A DNA stretch of 64,000 nt from the NCBI GenBank assembly GCA_026936335.1, contig JAPMXV010000068.1, forward strand, positions 186,001-250,000. Reading direction: 5' to 3'. The translations under genes and the position numbers were made by a program. The notes below the pieces were generated by a model. The model worked only from the letters and a program-made list of their open reading frames with translations. It was not told the origin of the DNA and searched no databases. The stretch comes from Mantamonas sphyraenae STR306. Its lineage: Eukaryota > Protista > CRuMs. This document shows positions 21,461 through 34,800 of this stretch, piece by piece; the stretch's first letter is position 1; the number at the start of each line of letters is the position of its first letter.

Positions 21461-23639
21461 ACACAGCACAACCCTTCCAATACAAAACAGGACCCCAGGT
21501 GCGCGTTGCATCCTGCACCGTGGCATTCCCCTCCACCCTCACCTGCGGCAGTGGAGTGTTGCAGGTGATCGAATGAAACAACCGCTCCTTGGCTTGCCCA
21601 GAGACACAAAGCGTGTATACGACGGTGACCATGGGCCAGCATGCCTCCCAGGGATGGCCTGAGGAGGTTGTGTGATGCTGTTACGTGACTGTGCGGCCCG
21701 CAGGGACGAGGTCATCGGCTGCCGGTGCCTACGGGGCGCCACACGGTGCATTGGCCGTCTGCACAGAAGGAGGACGACGGCAGGGGGGTTGGACCAGGAT
21801 CACACATTGTGCTGGGATGGGCATCCGAAGGGTTTCCACACACGCACGTACATGGAGAGGCGGTTGAGTTGGTTGGGCTCGCTGCTTCCATCTTCCAACC
21901 CCTTCCCACAGCCACAGCGTCCCCTGATGTGTGATCTACCACCAATCAGGCACTGGAAATGGTCCAAAGAGGCCTTCCGTGTGCTTGGGTGAAACCGTGA
22001 ATGGCTGTGGATGGAATCCGCAGTTTTGTGCAACGAAAACGCAGTTTGTGGCCACCAAAATGCAGTTCTGGGGGCGTTTTGCGACACCAAACTGCCATTT
22101 CGCCCTCTACCCTGCTACACCACCCTATCCTCACATCAGACACCACCAACGCCTCGCTCTACATCCGCGCCACCCACACACGTGAACACATCTTCTTCAC
22201 ATGCGTCGCTCGCCGCCACAGCCGCAACGCTTAACTGGCCACCGTCCTTTCCGAAGCAGTACACACCAAAGCAACGCTGGTACCTCTGCCTCCGCTCCCT
22301 CCTTCTCACCGACGACGAGATCGCTTCAGGGGGGCCCATCAGCACCGAAAAGATCACCCATGCCGGAAAGCCGCCAAGTTTGCCTTTGCTCTTGGAAAGC
22401 ACATGGCCGACAAAGCTGTGCGGCTGGACGTGACCTGGCCTGCGTTGTTTTCCCAAGCCAGACTGACGAGCACTCTGCAGCGGGAAGCGGCCACTTGGCA
22501 AGCAGGTGCTCTGGAGCACATTGCGAGGGTCTACGAGGAGCTGTACCGGGGCAAGGACCTGGGCGACGACGGCATGGGCAGCCGCTCTCGCGTTTGACAC
22601 CGTGGATTTTGAACGGAGCGTCCAAAGCACGGGCTCTCCCACGAGTCCACATGTCACTTTACCCACAACGCCGCCGGGAGTCCGAGCGATCACGAAGACT
22701 TGCCTACGCGGAGGAGGAGGGGGAGGAGTCGACGAGGCACTTCGCAAAGGCTGATCGTGCCACAGCTGACCTTCTCAATGTGTTCGAGGCTTGCCGTGCA
22801 CACAGAAGCGCGCAGGAGATCAACGAGCTCGCAGAGCCGACCTTTCTGTCCAACCCCACTGCGGCAGTAACCCTTCACCGCGTTCGAGCACAGAGCAACC
22901 CGATCGAGCACTCGACACGACGTTCATTTCCCTCGTGGACGCCGCTGCTTCTCTGTCTGCGGACAAAGATGGACTGCTCACAGTGTGGGCGCGGTTGGAG
23001 AGCATCGTGAACGGCTTCAGTCAAAAGGTACGGCGTGACTCCACGGCGTTCGATGATGCGGAGAGAGTGTTGCAGGATGTACAGCGTGACCTGGAAGCAG
23101 CAGAACAGTTTGGTGGCACACAGTGCGACACCTTGCTGCGGGTATGCTTACGCGCGAGCAACAGGGAGAAGGGCACATGAATGAATAGACCGGATTCTGC
23201 GCGATCCATCCCGAAACAAGACTCCTCTCAAGGACACATTCACCGTCCATGCCTGTTGTGGACGGGAGCACTCACATGACGTCAGTCTGCTGGCGTTGCG
23301 TGCACAGCCTCTCGTGTGCGCAGGCACAATCCCCATCCGTCGTCAAGCGCCTCGTCGGCCACCCACCTGCCGCCTGGATGCGTACCACACAGAGCAGTTC
23401 CCGAGAGTGTGTTGCGCAAATACTTCACTACCGTGCTGGCCACGTCAGCGGTCATGTTGTTGCTGCACAGTCGATGGCCCAAGTTGCGGCGGGTGCCCAC
23501 AACAGCGAAGGAGGAAGACACAACACGCACACAAAGCAACACTCGCCACACAAGCGAGGAAAAGGGAGGAGGAGGTGCCATGGAGAAGCAGCAGGCACAA
23601 CAACAGCAGGTGGTGGAGGTTGCCCAGCATCCACATCCA

Positions 23640-24215
23640 CCGTTTCCACACCCTCCTTCCCCTCCAACCCCACCGCCCCTCTGTCCTCCATCCCGTTGAT
23701 CCACAGCCCCACCACACGCAGACTCCTGTTCACTCCCAGCGCCATGCCCAGCGCCTGCGCCCCCGTCGTCCCCGACGCTGTCGTTCCCCACGTCCAGCTC
23801 CTACACCCTCCCATTCACCTCTAGCCCCGTCATCTTATATCTATATCCGCCACAACACCAGCCGCACCAGCGCACCCGTTCTCCTGCAACGCCTGCCCCA
23901 ACCCCGCCGCCCGCTCAACCCGAGCCACTTTCCTCACATCCAACCTCTCCATCCTGCTGTTCCTTGCCAGCCCTTCTGCCAATGCACACGCCCCTTCTGC
24001 CCAATCCTGTTCCTCAACAGGCCCATCCCCGCAGCGTCGTGTTGCTCACCAACGCCGCCGCCCGCCGTCCCCGACCTCGATGCAGCTCATTCTCAGCTTC
24101 ACCACACACCCATCCCCCCCTCCAGCGCCTTGCACGGGCGGATGTCCTACGCGTCGTCCACCCCACAGCCCACCAGCATCGCCTCGCCGTCGTCGTCGCA
24201 CTCCAGCAGCTCCAT
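23640..24215 (-). pseudogene. Degenerate RNI-like LRR gene, head-to-head with ROCO copy 2
   Basis: MELLECDDDGEAMLVGCGVDDA* followed by ALGMALGVNRSLRVVGLWINGMEDRGAVGL in other frames. Confidence 0.6.
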
Positions 24216-24260
24216 GGGTTTGCCAGCGGGCGCGGTGCGCGTGGGCGGGCAAGAGAATAC

Positions 24261-27200
24261 ATGGACGTGGAAGGGGGGCACAACGAACAAGGACAGCAGA
24301 TGGAGGTGGAGGTGGAGGTTGAGGACGAGCAAGGGGAGAGCAGCGCGGGAGGGGAGATCGACACAAGCGAGACGTCACACGCGGTAGAGGGAGAAGATGC
24401 TGGCACTGGGTATCTGCTGGTGCCTGATATGGAGCAATGGGGTGTTTCCAAACACAAGGTACGTTGCATGGGGTCCAGGGACGTGTGCCGAGCCCAGGAA
24501 CGGAGTGTGAACACCAGCTGACACTTTTCCTGTTCACGGTGCGCAGGCATTGGAGTGGAGGTTCCTGGGGGAGAGGTACGCGAGATTACGTCAATTGCTG
24601 CTGGAAGAGAACTCCAGTGATGAGAAAGTCGAGCAGGAACTGGGTGAGGTACTGCGTTCGGGTTACACGGAGCGCCCGCTCTTTCTGAACCTCCTGCGAC
24701 TGCCAGCGGACCCAGAGAAGCGAGGGATGGTGCGCAGTCGGCTGTTGCATGTGTTGGAAGCGACCAACTCAATCGACGTGGTTGGGTTCCACGGGCCTGT
24801 GGTGCTGGAGGACATCACAGCGACGGCCGAGCTGCTGCAGGCCAGCTCGACCATCACAAAAGTCGTCTTCGACTGTGTCTACTTCGAGGAGGATGTACAG
24901 AGATCACAGCAAGCACTCGCTGACATACTGGCTTCTGGGAAGGTCACAGTGGTCAAGATAACGAGGTTGTACGAGGATCCGCTTCCAGAGGAAGTACGGC
25001 AACGATCTGACGAAGCCATCCTGCAAGTCATCGGGCGTGCTCTGTACAAAGAATGTCCCCTCGAGTGTATCGACATCTCTACACACGTTTCACAGGATGC
25101 TGGGCGTTGTCTGGGCGAAGCGTTGGCCAGGAACACCACTGTGAAGGAGATCCGGCTCACGCTGAGATCCGGAGATGTCTCTGATCTGTTGGAGGGTGTT
25201 TCACAGTGCTCTGCAATCGAGACGCTGCATTTGACGGTTTTTGCGCCTGAGGAAAGATGTCCAAGTTTGGACATGGGCAATATGTCACTGAAGGAAGTGG
25301 TCATCGATCTACGCGGGAAAAGCTTCAAAGAACTTGATGATGAATGGCTGACAAATGGCTTCGGAGCTTCGCTGGAGAAACTGAAACTGCGTTACATCCG
25401 TCCGTTTAGCACAGCCGCTGTGCGTAGCATGGAGAAATACGCCTCTTTGAAGGAACTGAGCTTTGTAGACGACATTTTCCGTAACGAGGATGCACCAGTA
25501 CTCGCGAAGGCACTCCGTGCCATGGGAAGTCTTCAGCTACTGGAATTCAGTGGCACCCAGCTTGCAGACGCAGACGTCATAGCACTGTCAGACGGGCTGA
25601 CGGATTGCACGCAACTCACTGTGTTGAACCTCCACAGGAACGTATTCGGTGATACAGGGTTGACAGCACTTGTATCAGCCATTCGCCATCTCACCGGCCT
25701 GGAGGAGCTGAATGTGGCAGACAACCGCATCGGTGATGTCCACGGCACCGGACTGGCAGAGCTTGCGCCGAACCTGCTGAAGCTGGATATCCGCTACAAC
25801 AAACTGGCTGTGGAGAGCGCCATGTCGTTGCTGGAAGCCATGACGAAGCAGGAGTGTCGAACCACTGAGATGGACCTTTTGGGTCACAGGTGGAACGAAG
25901 CTGCATCGAAGAAGCTGGGTGACACCCTTGCGGAGGTGCTTCCACAGATCTCCTCATTGACAACGCTGGGAGTGAATGCTGGCTCGCATGCCCTGGCAGA
26001 GTGGCTTCTGGAGAACCAGACACAAATCTCGCTTCCATTTTTGGATGGCAGCGAATATGAATGGGAGATCCTCTGTCCCATTCTGTCCAGCTGGGACCAC
26101 GCCAGTCCGTTGTCGGTGCCAGATGACATGTGGGAAGCAGACGAGTGGCTTTCCTCGCATCTCCATCGCTCCGACACCCCCCTGACAGAGATCGAGTTCA
26201 ATGGCCAGCGTCTATTCCGTGGCATGGACACACTCGAGTGCACATATCGTTCAAGTTGGCCGTTGCTCTGCATCTACGAGCTGTGCCAGGATGTCACCAC
26301 GCTTGTGATCGAGAAACGCCAGGAACAGGCAGCACTCCAAGCTCTGTTTGGCTGCCAGCAGGTGTCCACTTTGCGATGGACATTGGATGGCGAGGACATC
26401 CAACAGCCAGACACCCGGGTGGCCAAACTCTTCGCCTCCTTCGTGGGAGACAACCCACCATCGCGCCACATCCTGCGCTTCCGCACCAGTGAGCAACTGA
26501 GCGCTGAACTCACACAGCTGCATGAGCAACGGCCTGATCTGTGGGGCCTGAAGCTCGTCCAGACAGAGCTGTGGCACCCCGACCAGGTGACCGAGCTGCC
26601 AGATGCGATTGGCCTGTTCACATCCCTCGTGTGTCTCGATCTGCACCACACCCGTCTCAACAAGCTCCCTGGCACGTTTGGAAAGCTGTCGCAACTGCAG
26701 GTGCTCATCCGCCCCCGGGCAGCGAACGGCTTTGTCAATGTGCCACGGTTTGTAAGTGTCCAAAGGGTGCAGGAAGTGGTGCAGTACATGTCACAGGCGT
26801 TTGCGTCTTCATGGCCGCATGCCAACTGGATGGTGGTTGGCCATGGCGGGAGTGGCAAGACGACGCTGCTGAAGAGCATGCGGGGCATGACGAGTGGAGG
26901 TGAGCGCACCGCAGAGGATGGGCGCACGGAGCCAGCCACGCATGGGATGGAGGTGAGTGTGCTGGACGTGGATGGGGTTGGCCAGGTGCGCATCAGCGAC
27001 TACGGCGGCCAGATGGAGTACTACGTGATGCACCAGAACATGATGATGGGTCAGAGCGGCGTGTATGTGATTGTGGCGTCGGCAGCGCAGCTTGTGGAAG
27101 GGAGCAAGCACGAGTACGAGGCAAAGCGAGCAGTGGACTGGCAGGGCGAGATGGCGTACTGGGCTGATGTGATTGCGTCGAAAGTGGGCCAGGAACGGCT

Positions 27201-30200
27201 GCTGGAGGAGGAGAAGCCACGGGTAGTGCTGGTACTGACCCATGTGGACAAACTGGGCAAGGATGGGCGCAAGTCGGTCGTTGGCCAGCTGAAGGATGCC
27301 ATGAAGATGATCGTACGGGAACAAGGACAGGCACTGCGTGTTCTGAAGGCGTTTGTGGTGAATGCACTGAAACCAAAGAGCACACGATCTGTGTTTGACA
27401 AGCTGGTGGAGATCAGCACGGAGGTGGTGAATCGGCAAGTACCCGAAGCGCAGGGGAGACTGCTGGAGGAGATCCGCGCACTCAAGACAGCGATGGGTGG
27501 GCAAGTACGGGAACAGCCATGGATGGAGTATGGAGAGTTGAGGAGGATGATGGAGGAGAGGCAGGACGAGGAGTTGTTGGGGCTGTTGAGTGGGCCAGGT
27601 GACAGCTGGTGGTTCTTTGACGTGGCGCTGGAGGCACTGCACCACCTGCAGGAAGTGACATGGCACAGAGAGGGGGCAGTGGACATCGTGATACTGGAAC
27701 CCAGGTGGCTGGTGGGCGTGGCTGGTGGTTTCATGTGGAGTGGGGACACGAGTGATCTGATGCCCACTCAGGCGACGATTACGCTGCCGGCGCCCATCGA
27801 GGAAGTGGATGATGGAGACGAGGATGAATCTTGTGTTGTGGTTTGCATGTACGAGGATGATGAGGATGAGATTGATGAGGAGACCACCAGTGATGTGATG
27901 AGCGTGGCTGCGTTGCTGCGTCTCGTGATGGGATGTCTGAAGGAAGAGCAGGAGAAAGAAGGGTGTGTGAGCATGGAGAGCGCGTGTTGGCACGCTGTGT
28001 TTGTGCACAAGGTGGAGAGTGCGCTCATCGGAGCAAGCGAGCACGAGGAACTGGAGCTGCGGATGAATCTGGAGGCTGCGCTCGCACAGCACGAGCACGG
28101 AGAAGACCACGAAAAGCTGGTAGAGCGACTGCTGGGTGCACTGGGGGTGGCAGTGCAGAATGAGAAGAAGGATGATCTGATGGAAACGGGCCGGATGCTG
28201 GTGCAGCTGCTGCAGGACATGGATCTGTGCTTCCCTGATGAGGAGTGGATGACACCAGAGGGGACATACAAGGAGACAGACGATGGAAAGGTGGATCTTG
28301 ATCTGACAGTCAAGGCACCACGGCTGATGTTTCCGATCATGCTGGACAACGAACCGCTCAGCCAGGAGCGGGTTGATGACCTCATGGGTGGCAGGGCCAG
28401 GCGCATTGGACGACGGTACACGTGGGGAGGAGACATGAGGGAATGCCAGCGGGGGAAGCGATTGCCAGCTGGGCTGTTCCATCGTGTGCAAGTGCGCTTG
28501 CGGCAGGCCTTCAGCGGATTTCTCCAAGACACGCAGCACCACCGTGAATGGTGCTGGATTCAACCGTTGATGCGAATTGGAGAAGACGATACTAGCCTAC
28601 CGATGGTGCTGCTGCATCATCGTGCACTGAGTGGCGTGCTGGATGTGGTCGTGGCTGTGAACCACGAGCGCGACGACCAGTCACGGATGGGAGAGGTGAT
28701 GGATGTAATTGACAAGCACATCCGATCACTGCTGGGCTTCCAAGAGGAGAACGAGAGGGATGTGCGACTTCGATCACTCCCGGGCTTCCGACGTCACAAA
28801 CGACGTCACGCAGCAGAGGTTCGACACAGGGAGGCGGCGTTTGCCCGATCACTGCTGGGCTTCCAAAAGGAGAACGAGAGGGACGTGCGACACAGGGAGG
28901 CGGCGTTTGCAGGCATGCGAGACGGGTGGACAAGCTGGCCACTGTGTCCAGAGTGTCTGGAGAGCGACCGCATGACCGCACTGTTGCAGACAGAGACTTG
29001 GGTGGAGCTGGAGGAGACGGAAGGCGTACGACACGGTTTGAGTCACTACGGAACGTGGAACGAGCTGCAGAAGCGACGTCCGGGCTCCCATGCACTGCAG
29101 TGTAAGGGGGGGAGCGCAATCACCGTGAAGCAAACACTTTCTGGCCTCCCATCGACCACATCGACTCTGGCGCAGATGATGGAGATTGGCCGCAGGCGAC
29201 ACAGTGAGCTCGTGGGGATGCTGCATGGCATTCTTGAGAAGCAGGACATCGCAGCCGGGAAACAAGCACTGGAGACCACCAACAGCAGCCGAAATGCCAC
29301 CAGTGATGGAAAGAAGATGCATGTGCTGGTGCTCGGATGTGCCGAGTTTGCCCATGGGAAGCTGGAGACCATCGACGAGTTTGAACGGGTCATGCACCAG
29401 CTGGGTCAAGACAGCACACTGCAACTGCACACCGAGTCACGCCTGAACATGAGTGTTGACCACGTGCAGGGCATTCTGGAGGTCGTGCGTGCAGATGTCG
29501 TCCATGTGATGACACATGGCTCAGAACGTGGGCTCCTGGCCAAGGATGGACGCGTCGTCACACACGCACTCCTCATGCAGCTCACACAACGCACACGCCC
29601 CAGTGCCCTCTGTGTCCTCAATGCATGTCGCACCGCGTCCCTGGCAAGCGACCTGGTCGCCGAGGGACACTTCCTCGCAGCCATCGGCTACCTTGGCAAG
29701 GTGGACGATCGTGAAGCCATTGCGTTTGCAGAGAAGCTATACACACTACTCGGCAACGGACAAGGACGATCGCTGGGCAACTGCTTCACACTGGCCAGCG
29801 CAGTCATCAAAAGAACCCAGGTGCGCCTGTTTACCACATCCGCGGATCTGGCGGACAGGCAACTCACCGACCTCCGCAACAGACAGATCTACACCCCGCA
29901 ACGACGCCACGTCCACGTCACCCAAGGCACCGGACCCCGCATCATGGCCACCCGTTTTGCCACGGTTAGCGTCCACAAGGCAACTAACTCTTCAACCGCC
30001 AAGAGAGACCTGGCGGACACCTCCGATCCCCATATGTGGGTGCATGCGCAAAGTCCACACTCCGGTGACCATGTCGAAGTCGCAGCAAACCACCCGCTGC
30101 GGCGTCAATCCTCCTCCAACACCAACAGCGAGATCCACTCCCAAACTGGAGAAGAAGGCGGAAACGATGGCCACGGTGGCGGAAATGGCGGGAGTAACGG

Positions 30201-30540
30201 TGTAGGAGGTGGAGTTGTAGATGGTGTTGGCGATGATGGCAACGGCGATGGCTCTGGAGACAGAGCAGAAACCTCACATGAAGAGTCCAGTGAGTCAGAC
30301 GCGGACACCGATCGCAACATGGGCGATGACGATGGAACTTTTGCCCTCCTCAGCCGCAACAGCGAGCATGGTCTCACCAACCTGGCCATTGTGGGAGGGG
30401 TATCCTTTGTCCTCATAGCGCTTGTGCGTATGCGTTCGAACCCCAACAGCCGCAACAGCGAGCATGGTCTCACCAACCTGGCCATTGTGGGAGGGGTATC
30501 CTTTGTCATAATAGCGCTTATGCGTATGCGTTCGCCTTAA
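24261..30540 (+). CDS. LRR-Roc-COR-CHAT copy 2 with C-terminal G/D-rich tail and two putative transmembrane segments; exon 1 24261-24458, exon 2 24547-30540
   Basis: Same motifs as copy 1. The GTACGT..GCAG intron is in phase 0. The tail has NLAIVGGVSFVLIALV twice. Confidence 0.87.
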
Positions 30541-31189
30541 CAGTGAAAGCAAGCGATGCGCCGCCAAACATGTTTCGTGGACAGCCAGCACGTTTGCTGA
30601 CTATCCGGGGAGAGCAACACGGGAACCCTCCACAATGCTACAAGACATAGAGAATGGCATTCACTTCCTCATGCACGGCGTTGCGCCGTGTACAGAGGAT
30701 ACGCATGTACCCCCCGATCCAGGAAAGGAAATCAACGCAACCAAGCTCAAGAGAAACGGGAGGCACGCCTGCTTGTCACATTCTGCAACAGCACTCCTCG
30801 AAAAGCTATGAAACACGTGCTATTTTGGCCAAGGGTCCTCACATGACGTCAGTCTGCTGGCGTTGCGTGCACAGCCTCTCGTGTGCGCAGTCACAATCCC
30901 AATCCATCGTCAAGCGCCCCGTCGGCCACCCACCCGCCGCCTGGATCCGTACCACACAGAGCAGTTCCCGAGTGTCTGTTGCGCAAATGCATCACAACCG
31001 TGCTGGCCACGTCAGTGGTCATGTGGTTGCTGCGCCGCCGATGGCCCAAGGTGCGGCAGGTGCCCACTACAGCGAAGGAGGAAGACACAACACGCACACA
31101 AAGCAACACTCGCCACACAAGCGAGGAACAGGGAGAGGAAGGTGCCATGGAGCAGCAGCAGGCACAGGTGAGCCAGCATCCACATCCAC

Positions 31190-31760
31190 CGTTCCCACAA
31201 CCTCCTTCCCCTCCAACCCCACCGCCCCTCTGTCTTCATCCCGTTGATCGACAGCTCCACCACACGCAGACTCCTGTTCACTCCCAGTGCCATGCCCAGC
31301 GCCTGCGTCCCCCGTCGTCCCCGACGCTGTTGTTCCCCACGTCCAGCTCCTCCACCCTCCCATTCACCTCCAGCCTCGTCATCGTAAATCTCATTCCGCC
31401 ACAACACCAGCCCCACCATCGCACCCGTTCTCCTGCAACGCCTGCCCCAACACCGCCGCCCGCTCAACCCGAGCCACTTTCCTCATGTCCAACCTCTCCA
31501 GCCTGCTGTTCCTTGCCAGCCCTTCTGCAAATGCATACGCCTCTTCTCTCTCCATCCTGTTCCTCAACAGGCCCATCCCCGCATAGTCGTGGTGCTCGGC
31601 AACGCCGCCCTCCGTCCCCGACCTCGATGCAGCTCATGCTCAGCTTCACCACACACCCATCCCCCCCTCCAGCGCCTTGCACAGGCGGATGGCCTACGCG
31701 TCGTCCACCCCGCAGCCCACCAGCATCGCCTCGCCGTCGTCGTCACACTCCAGCAGCTGC
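31190..31760 (-). pseudogene. Degenerate RNI-like LRR gene, head-to-head with ROCO copy 3
   Basis: GLLRNRMEREEAYAFAEGLARNSRLERLDM and ALGVNRSLRVVELSING fragments. Confidence 0.6.
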
Positions 31761-31807
31761 AAGGGTAGGCAAGCGGGCGCGATGCCCGTGGGCAGGCAAG
31801 AGAATAC

Positions 31808-34800
31808 ATGGACGTGGAAGGGGGGCACAACGAGCATGGACAGGAGATGGTGGTGGAGGTGGTAGAGGTGGAGGTGGAGGACGAGCAAGGGGGGAGTAGC
31901 GCGGGAGGGGAGATCGACACAAGCGAGACGTCACACGCTGAAGAGGGAGAAGATGCTGGCACTGGGAATCTACTGGCTGATATGGAGCGATGGGGTGGCT
32001 ACGAAGACATGGTACGTTGCACCGGGTCCAGGGAGTTGTGCCGAGCCCAGGAACGGAGTGATGATCACCCAGTTGACACACTTTTCCTGTTCACGGTGCG
32101 CAGAGTTGGGTGTGGGGTAACCTGAAGGAGCCGTACGAACAACTGCGTCAACTGCTGCTGGAAGAAAACTCCAGTGATGAGGAGGTGGAGAAGGCACTGG
32201 GTGAGGCAGTGGGTTCGGGTTACACGGAGCGACCCCTCTATCTGAACCTCCTGCGACTGCCAGCGGACCCAGAGAAGCGAGAGATGGTGCGCAACCGGCT
32301 GTTGCAAGTGTTGGAAGCGACCCACTTAACAGACGCTGTTGGTTTCTGCGGGCCTGTGGTGCTGAAGGACATCACAGCGACGGCCGAGCTGCTGCAGGCC
32401 AGCTCGACCATCGCAAAGGTCGTCTTCGACTGCGCCTACTTCGAAGAGGATGTACAGATATCACAGCAAACACTCGGTGACATGCTGGCTTCAGGAAATG
32501 TCACAGAGGTCAAGATGACGATACCGTATGAGGATCCGCGGCCAGAGGAAGTACAGGAACGATCTGACGCAGTCATTCTGCAGGCCATTGGGCATGCTCT
32601 GGACAAAGAATGTCCCCTCAACTGTATCGCTATCTCAGCACACGTTTCACAGGATGCTGGGCGTTGTCTGGGCGAAGCGTTGGCCAGGAACACCACTGTG
32701 AAGGACATCCGGCTCACGCTACATTCTGGAGATGTCTCTGATCTGTTGGAGGGTGTTTCACAGTGCTCTGCAATCGAGACGCTGCGTTTGGACCTCGATG
32801 GCCACGTCGACGGTTTGGGCAGCTTGGACATGGGCACAATGTCACTGAAGGAAGTGGACATCGTTCAACGCGGGAAAAGCTTCGAAGCAATTGATGATGA
32901 ATGGCTGACAAAGGGCTTCGGGGCTTCACTGGAGAAACTGACGCTGCGCAACATCCGTCAATTTAGCACAGCCACTGTGCTCACACGTTGCAAAGAGAAG
33001 TGCTCTTCTTTGAGGTATCTGAGCTTCACAGGCGTTGGCTTTTATGGCATGGATGTTATAGCACTCGCAGAGGCAATCCGTGCCATGGAATGCCTTGAGC
33101 GACTGGTATTCAGTGGTACCGAGCTTGGAGACGCAGACGTCATAGCACTGTCAGACGGGTTGACGGAATGCACGCAACTGCGTGTGTTGGACCTCCGCAG
33201 GAACAGATTCGGTGCAGCTGGGTTGACAGCACTTGTATCAGCCATTCGCCATCTCCCCCGCCTGGAGGAGCTGAATGTGGCAGGCAACCGCATCGATGAT
33301 GTCCACGGCACTGGACTGGCAGAGCTTGCGCGGAACCTGCTGAAGCTGGATATCAGCGAGAACAAACTGGCTGTGGAGAGCGCCATCTCGTTGCTGAAAG
33401 CCATGACGAAGCAGGGCTGTCGAACCGCTGAGTTGGACCTCACGGATCAGGGGTGGAACGAAGCTGCATCGAAGAAGCTGGGAGACACTCTTGCAGAGAT
33501 GCTTCCACTGACGTCATCATCGACAACGCTGGGAGTGGATGCTGGCTCGCATGCCCTGGCAGAGTGGCTTATGGAGAACCAGACACAAATCTCGCTCCTT
33601 GGGGGACCCAGAGGAGGCGAGTGGGCGGTACACTGTTCCAGTCTGTCCAGCTGGGAACACGCCAGTCTGCTGTGGGTGCCACCTGGCATGTGGGAAGCAG
33701 ACGAGTGGCTTTCCTCACATCTCCATCGCTCCGACAGCCCCGTGAAAGATATCTTGTTCGATGGCCAGCGTCTATTCCGCGGCATGGACACACTCAAAAG
33801 CCCTCCTCATTCAGGATGGCCGTTACTCTGTATCTACGAGCTGTGCACGGATGTCACCACGCTTGTGATCAGGGAAGGCCAGGAACAGGCAGCACTCCAA
33901 GCTCTGTTTGGCTGCCAGCAGGTGTCCACTTTGCGATGGACATGGTATGGCGAGGACATCCAACAGCCAGACACCCACATGGCCAAGCTCGTCGCCTCCT
34001 GTGTGGGAGACAACCAACCATCGCGCCATATCCTGCGCTTCCGCACCCGTGAGCAACTGAGCGATGCACTCACACAGCTGCATCAGCACCAGCCTGACCT
34101 GTGGGGCCTGAAGCTCGTCCAGACAGAGCTGTGGCACCCCGACCAGGTGACCGAGCTGCCAGATGCGATTGGCCTGTTCACATCCCTCGTGTGTCTCGAT
34201 CTGCACCACACCCGTCTCAACAAGCTCCCTGGCGCGTTTGCAGAGCTGTCGCAACTGCAGGTCCTCATCCGCAGCCGGGCAGGGGATGGCTTTGTCAATG
34301 TGCCACGGTTTGTGAGTGAGCAAGGGGCGCAAGAAGTGGTGCAGTACATGTCTCAGGCGTTTGCGTCGTCATGGCCGCATGCCAACTGGATGGTGGTTGG
34401 CCATGGCGGGAGTGGCAAGACGACGCTGCTGAAGAGCATGCGGGGCATGGCGGGTGGAGGTGAGCGCACCGCAGAGGAGGGGCGCACGGAGCCAGCCACG
34501 CATGCGATGGAGGTGAGTGTGCTGGACGTGGATGGGGTTGGCGAGGTGCGCATCAGCGACTACGGCGGCCAGATGGAGTACTACGTGATGCACCAGAACA
34601 TGATGATGGGCCAGAGCGGCGTGTATGTGATTGTGGCGTCGGCAGCACAGCTTGTGGAAGGCAGCAAGCACGAGTACGAGGCAAAGCGGGCAGTGGACTG
34701 GCAGGGCGAGATGGCGTACTGGGCTGATGTGATTGCGTCGAAAGTGGGACAGGAACGGCTGCTGGAGGAGGAGAAGCCACGGGTGGTGCTGGTACTGACC

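Noticed and set aside
26809-28563. Long antisense ORFs (584 aa here and at 34369-36123; also 55146-56669, 51142-53040, 62213-63907)
   Set aside because: They are shadows of real genes on the opposite strand in GC-rich DNA, with H/P/L-biased composition and no motifs.
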